Below, piece after piece: positions 1 through 6,401 of a DNA stretch of 9,586 nt. Both the position numbers and the translations under genes were made by a program. The DNA is from a virus (lineage: Duplodnaviria; Heunggongvirae; Uroviricota; Caudoviricetes): IMG/VR virus record IMGVR_UViG_3300015179_000037, positions 1 through 9,586 of that record; one strand, 5' to 3'. Numbering within the stretch: the first letter of the stretch is position 1; each line of letters starts with the position of its first letter. Below the pieces are notes generated by a model. The model was not told where the DNA came from. It ran no database searches and was given only the letters and a program-made list of their open reading frames with translations.

Positions 1-207
1 ATCAATGGTTCGTTTACTTGCAAAAGCAAGATACTCAAGCCTTTATCTATGTCCAAAAAAAATTGGTAAAATCATTTAAAGAAAAAACACAACAGTTTAC
101 AGGATTATCTGTCTTGATGTTTTATTATCAGGAAGCACAGCGTCAAGTTCCCGCGCACTACGGATAATGACAAAACCCGTCCTTTCGGTACGCTCCAGAC
201 GAAAAAA

Positions 208-612
208 GTGACTGGCAGTCTCAGCGCCGATATGCTGATTGACCTGAAATTTACGCTGCGCAATAAGTACCGCAAAAAAGCTGTATGGGTGATGAACTCA
301 AATACAGCCGCCTCCGCACAAAAACTGAAAAATGCCACTGGTGATTACATCTGGCGCGATCGTTTACAGGCTGGTGATCCTGATTCTCTGCTGGGGCTTC
401 CGGTTGAATATCTGGAATTTATGCCGGACGGTGTGATTGCAGTCGGTGACTTTAAGCGCGGTTATTTCATCGTTGACCATAAAACCGGTACGCGTACCCG
501 TCCGGATTTCAGCGAGCCTGGATTCATTAACATCTATACCCAGAAATATCTGGGCGGTGGTGTGGTGGATTCGAACGCCATCAAGATTCTGGAAATTCAG
601 GCTGGCAAGTAA
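208..612 (+). CDS. HK97-family major capsid protein, C-terminal portion only; the frame is open from 118 but closed upstream, so this is probably a 5'-truncated or interrupted gene.
   Basis: The translation (AVWVMNSNTAA...LLGLPVEYLEFMPDGVIAVGDFKRGYFIVDH...YLGGGVVDSNAIKILEI) has the pattern I associate with HK97-fold capsid C-termini. Frame 1 has stops at 67-69 and 115-117 and no other frame continues into it. The ORF-track start at 208 is a GTG. Confidence 0.55.
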   Translation: MTGSLSADMLIDLKFTLRNKYRKKAVWVMNSNTAASAQKLKNATGDYIWRDRLQAGDPDSLLGLPVEYLEFMPDGVIAVGDFKRGYFIVDHKTGTRTRPDFSEPGFINIYTQKYLGGGVVDSNAIKILEIQAGK

Positions 613-620
613 TGAGCAAA

Positions 621-641
621 GGGGGCTTCGGCCTCCTTTTT
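621..641 (+). terminator. Candidate intrinsic terminator or attenuator immediately after the capsid ORF
   Basis: GGGGGC-TTCG-GCCTCC forms a 6-bp stem (one G-U pair) with a UUCG tetraloop and is followed by TTTTT. It begins 9 nt after the capsid stop. Confidence 0.5.
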
Positions 642-661
642 CAGCTTTATGGAGTACACCG

Positions 662-1222
662 ATGAAAAACACCGATTTTGAAATCCGTACATCTGAACTG
701 ACCGCCAGCGATAAAAAACTGGTGGGTTATGCCGTTCGCTGGAACAGCCTTTCAGAAATTATCTGGGACGAGTTTCGCGAACAGTTCACGCCGGGGGCTT
801 TTGCTGACTATCTGGCGGCGGGTAATGATGTGCGCTGTCTGTATGAGCATGACTATACCCAACTGCTGGGGCGTACCAAATCCGGCTCACTGGTACTGAC
901 TGAGGATAACACCGGGCTACGTTTTGAACTGACACCGCCAAATACCCAGCTTGGAAAAGATGTGCTTACGCTGGTGGAACGTGGCGATATTACAGGAATG
1001 AGCTTTGGCTTTCGCGCATTATGCGAGGAGTGGAATATCGCGCAAAAACCGTATCTGCGTACTGTAACCGCCGCAGAACTCCGTGAAATCACGATAACAT
1101 CGATGCCTGCTTATCCCGAATCCGGCGTGGAGATTGCCCACCGTTCGTTGTTTGCACAGTACCCTGAATTACGCCCGGCAGGAAATAATCGTCATCGCTG
1201 GGCTGAACTGGCGGGGTTGTGA
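662..1222 (+). CDS. Prohead maturation protease, HK97 family (peptidase S78)
   Basis: The translation MKNTDFEIRTSELTASDKKLVGYAVRWNS...LLGRTKSGSLVLTEDNTGLRFELTPPNTQLGKDVLTLVERGDITGMSFGF matches the conserved layout of HK97 prohead proteases. The ATG at 662 has GGAG upstream; the track start at 437 is an in-frame upstream extension. Confidence 0.85.
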   Translation: MKNTDFEIRTSELTASDKKLVGYAVRWNSLSEIIWDEFREQFTPGAFADYLAAGNDVRCLYEHDYTQLLGRTKSGSLVLTEDNTGLRFELTPPNTQLGKDVLTLVERGDITGMSFGFRALCEEWNIAQKPYLRTVTAAELREITITSMPAYPESGVEIAHRSLFAQYPELRPAGNNRHRWAELAGL

Positions 1223-1223
1223 T

Positions 1224-2438
1224 ATGTGGTGGCCTTTTAGTCGTAAAAAAAGCGATCTGCGTAACCTGTCCATTGATGATTTTCTGGCGTTGTCTGGTGT
1301 ACCAAATACCGGATCCGGAGAATATGTTTCTGCCGGGACGGCTGAATCATTGCCTGCTGTGATGAACGCGGTTTCTGTCATCGCTGAGGCGGTGGCCACG
1401 ATGCCGTGTTACCTGTATCTGGTACGCAATGATAAGGGCAGAGAGGCGCGGGAATGGCTGGACAGTCACCCGGTAGATATTCTGCTGAATGAGCAGCCTA
1501 ATTCGTGCCTGACACCTTACCAGTTTAAACGCACAATGATGCGTCACTGCCTGCTGAACGGTAACGCCTATGCGGTTATTGAGTGGGGGCGGGACGGGCA
1601 GCCAAAATCACTTCATCCTTATGCGCCGGGGTGTGTTGTACCGGAACGCACAGGCACACACAAATACCGCTATACCATCACCGAACCCTGTACAGGAACG
1701 GTGCGCACGTATTTACAGGAAGAAGTTCTGCATCTCCGCTATGCCTCGGATGATGGCTTTCTGGGGCGTTCCCCCGTCACGATTTGCCGTGAGGCGCTGG
1801 GGCTTGGCCTTGCTCAACAGCGCCACGGAGCCAGCATTATGAAAGATGGCATGATGGCGGCAGGGATTATCACGTCAGGTGAATGGCTGGACGGCGTGAA
1901 AGGTAAACAGGCATTAGACGCACTGGAACGCTACAAGGGGGCGAAAAATGCCGGAAAAACGCCAATCCTTGAAGGGGGCATGGATTACAGGCGGCTGGGG
2001 ATGAGTAACCAGGATGCGGAATGGCTGGCCTCCCGTCGCTTCTCCATTGAAGACATCGCCAGGATGTTCAACGTGTCGCCGATTTTTCTTCAGGAATACA
2101 GCAACAGCACCTACAGCAATTTCAGTGAGGCGAGCCGCGCATTTCTGACCATGACAATGCGCCCGTGGCTGGCGAACTTCGAACAGCAAATCAAGGCCGC
2201 TTTGCTGGTGACTTCTCCCGTACCTGGTACCCGTTATCTGGTTGAGTTTGATTCAGCCGATTTACTGCGCGCCACACCCACCGAACGTTATGCCACGTAT
2301 GAGAAAGGGATTAAGAGCGGGATCATGAATCCGAACGAAGCTCGCGAACGCGAGGGTATGCCGCCGCGTGAAGGTGGTGATGAGTTCAGCCAGGCATGGA
2401 AACAGACTGTGGAAATTAAAGGGAGAAAAGATGAGTGA
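1224..2438 (+). CDS. Phage portal protein, HK97 family
   Basis: A 404-aa product whose C-terminal half (SIEDIARMFNVSPIFL...RPWLANFEQQI...RYLVEFDSADLLRATPTERYATYEKGIKSGIMNPNEAREREGMPP) is typical of HK97-type portals. The ATG at 1224 lies 1 nt after the protease stop; the track start at 1134 overlaps the protease. Confidence 0.85.
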   Translation: MWWPFSRKKSDLRNLSIDDFLALSGVPNTGSGEYVSAGTAESLPAVMNAVSVIAEAVATMPCYLYLVRNDKGREAREWLDSHPVDILLNEQPNSCLTPYQFKRTMMRHCLLNGNAYAVIEWGRDGQPKSLHPYAPGCVVPERTGTHKYRYTITEPCTGTVRTYLQEEVLHLRYASDDGFLGRSPVTICREALGLGLAQQRHGASIMKDGMMAAGIITSGEWLDGVKGKQALDALERYKGAKNAGKTPILEGGMDYRRLGMSNQDAEWLASRRFSIEDIARMFNVSPIFLQEYSNSTYSNFSEASRAFLTMTMRPWLANFEQQIKAALLVTSPVPGTRYLVEFDSADLLRATPTERYATYEKGIKSGIMNPNEAREREGMPPREGGDEFSQAWKQTVEIKGRKDE

Positions 2439-2733
2439 AGCCAGAATTACACCTGATGAAGTCAGGGCACATCTTCGACTTGATGATGATTTATCCGGTG
2501 AAGGCGAACTTCTGAAAATGTATACCGATGCGGCGCTGGAAGCCTGCCAGAAGCATATCGGGAAACGTTTTGAAGACGGGCTGGAATTTACCCCGGCAAT
2601 GCGTGTTGGTTGCCTGATGTACATCGCTTTCCTGTACGAGAACAGGGAAGCAGTTTCACCAGTGGAGCAGTCTGAACTGCCTATGGCTATTTCTGCGCTC
2701 TGGTCGGTTTATCGTGATGTGGGGGTGTACTGA
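2431..2733 (+). CDS. Head-tail connector / DNA-packaging protein, gp6-like
   Basis: The N-terminus MSEARITPDEVRAHLRLDDDLSGEGELL...AALEACQKHIGKRF fits the gp6-like connector family. GGGAG precedes the ATG at 2431, and the gene overlaps the portal stop by 8 nt. Confidence 0.75.
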   Translation: MSEARITPDEVRAHLRLDDDLSGEGELLKMYTDAALEACQKHIGKRFEDGLEFTPAMRVGCLMYIAFLYENREAVSPVEQSELPMAISALWSVYRDVGVY

Positions 2734-3173
2734 TGCCGTGGCAACCATTAAGGCGATGCACTGAGCCGGGCTGTAATAAGCGCGTGAAGTCCGGCAAGTG
2801 TGAAGAGCACAGACGGGCTGTATGGCGTGCAGAGGATGCCAGACGGGGACACCGCCGCGCGCGCGGGTATTCCCGACAGTGGGACAAATACCGCGCCCTG
2901 TACCTGAGCAAAAACCCGTTATGCGTGCGTTGTCTGGCTAAGGGGATTTATACGCCAGCTCTTGTGGTGGATCACATCATCCCCATCAATGGCGGCGGTG
3001 ATGTTCTCTTCTGGCCTGAGTGGAACCACCAGGCATTGTGCCAGACGTGCCACAACCGTAAGACGACACGGGAAGATCCAGCCACGAAAGCGAACCGTAA
3101 GGCGGGCATGTATCGCGAGCAGGAAGAACGGGCGGCACACCGTAACGACTGGATGTATGGCGATGATGACTGA
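2733..3173 (+). CDS. HNH endonuclease, terminase-associated type
   Basis: Cys pairs (CTEPGC, CVRCL, CQTCH) plus DHIIP and NH motifs are characteristic of HNH nucleases. It sits immediately upstream of the terminase genes, as HNH does in HK97-like packaging modules. Its ATG overlaps the connector stop (TGATG). Confidence 0.85.
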   Translation: MPWQPLRRCTEPGCNKRVKSGKCEEHRRAVWRAEDARRGHRRARGYSRQWDKYRALYLSKNPLCVRCLAKGIYTPALVVDHIIPINGGGDVLFWPEWNHQALCQTCHNRKTTREDPATKANRKAGMYREQEERAAHRNDWMYGDDD

Positions 3174-3461
3174 ACAGGAGCAAACCAGGCTGATACGTGG
3201 GTTGATAAGGCAGCGTGACACATGGAAGACACAGGAGACAGGGCACAAAGCCAACAGGACAGGGCGCACAAAACGCACCACAGCGAAGTGATTAACCGAC
3301 CGTGACCGCGAGGTCATGGAATGTTTTCGCAATCGCTGGTGAGGCCGTCAGAGGGGGTGGGGGTGGTTTTCAGGACGAAACCGCCCCTGCCGGACACCGA
3401 CCGCCTCCTCAAATTTTTGTGCACGGGAATTTTTTTGAAAATAATTGGGCGAAAAAAGAAC
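3174..3461 (+). promoter_or_regulatory. Candidate cos / terminase-recognition region between HNH and TerS
   Basis: This is the only sizeable non-coding gap in the module. It contains an imperfect direct repeat (ACAGGAGACAGGGCACAAA at 3231-3249 and ACAGGACAGGGCGCACAAA at 3254-3272), a G-tract GGGGGTGGGGGTGG at 3353-3366, and T/A runs just before the TerS start. Confidence 0.35.
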
Positions 3462-3818
3462 ATGGCAAGACCACCAAAAGCCCCCGCTTACCTGGATGAA
3501 ATCGCGGTCAGGCAGTGGAAGGAAAAATCGCGCCAGCTTTCCGGACGGGAAGACCTTACTCCCGCCGACTGGAGCAATCTGGAGCTGTATTGCGTTAACT
3601 ACTCCATATACCGCAAAGCCGTCGAAGACCTTGCCACGCGCGGGTTCAGCATTGTTAACAGTCAGGGCAGCGAGAGCAGAAACCCCGCCCTGAGCGCAAA
3701 GGCTGACGCTGAAAGAATAATGATCAAAATGGCTTCTTTGCTGGGTTTTGACCCGGTAAGTCGCCGCAGAAATCCACCGGAAACAGAGGAAGAGGACGAG
3801 CTTGACCGCCTGGCATGA
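3462..3818 (+). CDS. Terminase small subunit, P27 family
   Basis: The translation MARPPKAPAYLDEIAVRQWKE...LTPADWSNLELYCVNYSIYRKAVEDL fits the P27-type TerS. I chose the internal ATG at 3462 rather than the track start at 3321, because the extension runs through the G-tract and T-run region. Confidence 0.75.
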   Translation: MARPPKAPAYLDEIAVRQWKEKSRQLSGREDLTPADWSNLELYCVNYSIYRKAVEDLATRGFSIVNSQGSESRNPALSAKADAERIMIKMASLLGFDPVSRRRNPPETEEEDELDRLA

Positions 3819-5463
3819 GTACGCAGAAGGCGTAAAAAACGGCAAAATTACGGCCTGTAAACGACTGAAACAGGCCGTTAAACGGTATTTTTCTGACCTT
3901 GAAAACCCCCTTTACACGTTCGATCCGGAGGTCGTGGAGCGGTTTATTGCCTTTTCCAGGGTGTGTCCGCACGTAAAAGGCGCAATGCGCGGTAGCCCCA
4001 TTGAGCTGGAGCCGTGGCAGCAGTTCGCCTTTGCGTGCATCCTGGGCTTTAAGGTTAAGGCCACCGGACGGCGCAAATACACCAGCGCATTCATTGAAGT
4101 GCCGCGAAAAAATGCCAAATCCACGGTCGCCGCTATCCTGGCTAACTGGTTTCTGGTTATGGAAAACGGGCAGCAGGATATTTACACCGCCGCTGTGAGT
4201 CGTGATCAGGCGCGGATCGTGTTTGATGATGCGCGTCAGATGTGCCTTTTATCCCGACCGTTACGAAAGCGGGTAAATATTCAGGCACACAAGGTGATAC
4301 ACCCGAAAACCAACAGCCTGTTAAAGCCACTGGCAGCAAAAGCGGCAACCATTGAAGGTACAAACCCGAGTCTTGCCATTGTGGATGAATATCACCTGCA
4401 CCCTGACAACGGGGTTTATTCCGCGCTTGAACTGGGAATGGGGGCGCGTCCGGAGGGGCTGTTATTTGCCATCACCACATCGGGGAGCAACGTTGTTTCA
4501 GCCTGTAAACAACACTATGACTATTGCTGCCAGATACTGGATGGTGAAGAGGTGAACGAATCCATGTTCGTGCTGATTTACGAGCTGGATGATGAAAGCG
4601 AGGTTGACGATCCGGCGATGTGGATAAAGGCGAATCCCAATATCGATGTTTCCGTCGATCGTGAAAAACTGGCCTCAACCATCCAGAAAGCGCGGGGTAT
4701 TCCGTCGCAGTGGGTGGAAATGCTCACCAAGCGATTCAATATCTGGTGTCAGGGGGCTACGCCGTGGATGGGTAACGGTGCATGGGCGGAGTGCGCCGGA
4801 ACGTTCGCAGAGGCGGATTTATACGGTCAGGAGTGCTACGCGGGGCTGGACTTATCATCAACCAGCGATATTTCCAGCGTGTGCTATGCCTTTCCGGTCG
4901 GTAAAAAGATTATGCTGGTTTCCCGTCACTATCTGCCGGAATTTCAGCTACAGAACCCCGCCAATAAAAACCGCGCCATCTATCGCCAGTGGGTAAAGGC
5001 GGGCTGGATACGCACAACACCGGGTGACTGCATTGATTATGACCGTATCCGTGATGACATCATGGCGGATGCAGAGAATTTCAATATCAGGCTGGTGGGC
5101 TTCGATACATGGAACGCCACGCACCTGAGGACGCAGCTACAGGGGGCAGGATTTGAGGTGGAGCCGTTCCCGCAAACATACCTTCGTTTCAGTCCGGCGG
5201 CGAAATCGTTCGAAGTTTTTGTTAACCGGAAGGTGATTGTGCATCGTGGCGATCCGGTGCTGGCCTGGTCAATGAGTAATGTTGTGATGCAGAGTGACGC
5301 GAACGCCAATATCAAGCCGAACAAGAAAAAATCATCCAACAAGATAGACCCGAGCGTTGCGGCGCTGATGGCGTTTGGCACATTCCAGGCAGAGCATGAG
5401 GAATTTGCATTTGATATGAGCGACAGCCACAAAGAGCGGCTTGCGGCGTTTGATGGGGTATGA
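3802..5463 (+). CDS. Terminase large subunit (ATPase/nuclease)
   Basis: A 553-aa product with a Walker-A-like VPRKNAKST, a Walker-B-like LAIVDE and a C-terminal nuclease-like region. The start appears to be TTG at 3802, overlapping the TerS stop. Confidence 0.9.
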   Translation: MTAWHEYAEGVKNGKITACKRLKQAVKRYFSDLENPLYTFDPEVVERFIAFSRVCPHVKGAMRGSPIELEPWQQFAFACILGFKVKATGRRKYTSAFIEVPRKNAKSTVAAILANWFLVMENGQQDIYTAAVSRDQARIVFDDARQMCLLSRPLRKRVNIQAHKVIHPKTNSLLKPLAAKAATIEGTNPSLAIVDEYHLHPDNGVYSALELGMGARPEGLLFAITTSGSNVVSACKQHYDYCCQILDGEEVNESMFVLIYELDDESEVDDPAMWIKANPNIDVSVDREKLASTIQKARGIPSQWVEMLTKRFNIWCQGATPWMGNGAWAECAGTFAEADLYGQECYAGLDLSSTSDISSVCYAFPVGKKIMLVSRHYLPEFQLQNPANKNRAIYRQWVKAGWIRTTPGDCIDYDRIRDDIMADAENFNIRLVGFDTWNATHLRTQLQGAGFEVEPFPQTYLRFSPAAKSFEVFVNRKVIVHRGDPVLAWSMSNVVMQSDANANIKPNKKKSSNKIDPSVAALMAFGTFQAEHEEFAFDMSDSHKERLAAFDGV

Positions 5464-5753
5464 CGAGAATGAGCGAAACCGAACTACTAAAAATAATCCG
5501 CCGCGTTACCGGAATCAGCCAGGAAGCAGGCAAACAGGAGGCCACGCAGCCGGACAGCGTGATAGCCAAAAATTACGCGCGTGTGGTGGCTGAGGTGATG
5601 CGCCGTGACGGTATCGAGCTTAACGGCGTGGATATACGCAATATACGCACCAGAGTTCTGGAGTTGTTGTCATATCGTCGCCGCGTGGAGATGTACCAGG
5701 AGAAAGAAAAAATTACTTACCACTGGAAGAAGCCGGAGCGGTTGCGGCGGTAA
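5460..5753 (+). CDS. Hypothetical 97-aa basic protein, translationally coupled to TerL; function unknown
   Basis: Its ATG overlaps the TerL stop (GTATGA). I recognise no family from the sequence (MTRMSETELLKIIRRVTGISQEAGKQ...RRRVEMYQEKEKITYHWKKPERLRR). It is the last ORF before the non-coding island end. Confidence 0.5.
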   Translation: MTRMSETELLKIIRRVTGISQEAGKQEATQPDSVIAKNYARVVAEVMRRDGIELNGVDIRNIRTRVLELLSYRRRVEMYQEKEKITYHWKKPERLRR

Positions 5754-6046
5754 CTGGTTGATATTCCCGACGTTCCAAAAATGGGTTGGCTACACCCCTC
5801 ACAACTACGACATTTTCGCAGTTTAATTAATGGTCAGTTTAATCGCTAACCCGCTGATATTTTCGGAAACCTCAATTTGAGGAGACCGGAACGTCTACAT
5901 GGCTGCATCACCATAACGATGATTTAGCCCACCAGCAACCATAACGATTTCCGTTACAGTTGATGTGCTTTTTTGCTGGTAAGGCCTAACCCGTTGATTC
6001 TTCCACAATCCCCCATTGGGGGAGGCTGGGCGGCCTGCTGTGGGCT

Positions 6047-6065
6047 TTTCCACCATTGGTGGAAA
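6047..6065. repeat. Perfect 19-bp palindrome TTTCCACCATTGGTGGAAA, sharing a CCATTGG core with the 13-bp palindrome CCCCCATTGGGGG at 6010-6022
   Basis: Read directly from the sequence; the two palindromes are about 25 bp apart edge to edge. Confidence 0.9.
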
Positions 6066-6284
6066 GGTGCAGATCTGGATCATCATTACGGTGATCAAGG
6101 GTATGTAAAACCCACCAGCCTGATTGACATTTAACCGGAAAAAAGCCAGGTAGCCCCGTTATGGGGATCCCCATATCGACATTAACGCCCCTCATGAATT
6201 GGCGTGCTTCTCCCTGGAAAGATGACCCGCCTGTATATTTCTTGTGTCTATTTGTTCCACGTTGTTTCATACAGTGCACCGAAC

Positions 6285-6308
6285 GGTGTAGTTAATGGTG
6301 TAGTTAAT
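6285..6308. repeat. Perfect tandem duplication, 2 x 12 bp (GGTGTAGTTAAT)
   Basis: Read directly from the sequence; it lies close to the inferred island/chromosome junction. Confidence 0.9.
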
Positions 6309-6352
6309 TTGCGATTTTTGGCACTTCTTGCAGTGTATATTGTTTAATTAAA

Positions 6353-6391
6353 TCAATGCGTTATTGAAAATAAGTTATAGATATATCCCAT
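6353..6391 (-). pseudogene. allE: Probable orphaned 5' end of allE (ylbA): start codon and RBS retained after allC, gene body replaced by the insertion
   Basis: On the minus strand the allC stop is followed by AGGAG and, 10 nt later, ATG GGA TAT, which then runs into a stop after 12 codons (MGYIYNLFSITH*). From memory, E. coli AllE begins MGY and starts a few bp after allC. Confidence 0.4.
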
Positions 6392-6401
6392 TTATGACTC
6401 C

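Larger units (their letters stand above)
5754..6352. other. Structured non-coding terminal region of the island; candidate attachment-site arm region and/or regulatory or ncRNA region
   Basis: No credible ORF is present. The region is dense in short direct repeats (CAGTTTAAT at 5819-5827 and 5835-5843; ACCATAACGAT at 5910-5920 and 5938-5948) and palindromes (5870-5882, 6010-6022, 6047-6065, 6160-6175). Confidence 0.4.
1..6390 (+). mobile_element. Right-hand portion of an integrated phage-like element carrying a head-only morphogenesis and DNA-packaging module; candidate capsid-forming PICI-type satellite or prophage remnant. Both boundaries are approximate; the left end lies outside the window.
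   Basis: Seven consecutive same-strand phage genes (capsid, protease, portal, connector, HNH, TerS, TerL) are followed directly by chromosomal allC with no tail or lysis genes. Recognisable E. coli core sequence begins only at about 6390. Confidence 0.6.

Noticed and set aside
105-338. 77-aa minus-strand ORF across the capsid 5' region
   Set aside because: It is antisense to the capsid frame and extends into the AT-rich segment, with no supporting signals.
437-661. Upstream extensions of the protease (from 437) and the portal (from 1134)
   Set aside because: Both overlap the preceding gene in another frame. Conserved N-termini and RBS-like sequences support the internal ATGs at 662 and 1224.
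2919-3332. Minus-strand ORFs of 86-137 aa overlapping the HNH gene (2919-3332, 2972-3271, 2986-3246)
   Set aside because: They are antisense shadow frames inside a well-supported HNH gene, with Cys/Arg/Ser-rich low-complexity translations and no RBS.
3321-3461. N-terminal extension of TerS from the upstream ATG at 3321
   Set aside because: The extension would read through the G-tract and T-run non-coding sequence. The conserved TerS N-terminus begins at MARPPK (3462).
3348-3845. 165-aa minus-strand ORF antisense to TerS and the cos region
   Set aside because: It lies fully antisense to a recognisable P27-family TerS and the translation has no recognisable features; probably a chance open frame.
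5928-6119. 9-bp direct repeat CCCACCAGC at 5928-5936 and 6111-6119
   Set aside because: A single 9-mer recurrence 183 bp apart is about what chance gives in a region this size.
5895-6279. Two minus-strand ORFs (67 and 97 aa) in the island's terminal non-coding region
   Set aside because: No RBS and atypical composition. The frames run through the palindromes and direct repeats, which look like nucleic-acid-level signals, so I treat the region as non-coding.
5754-6400. Possible tRNA or tmRNA gene as integration target
   Set aside because: I found no T-loop (GGTTCGAATCC-like) or cloverleaf-compatible arrangement; the junction instead lies at the allE start.
5754-6400. Possible CRISPR array or retron ncRNA in the repeat-rich region
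   Set aside because: The repeats are short, few and irregularly spaced, with no spacer periodicity, and there is no adjacent cas or reverse-transcriptase gene in the window.
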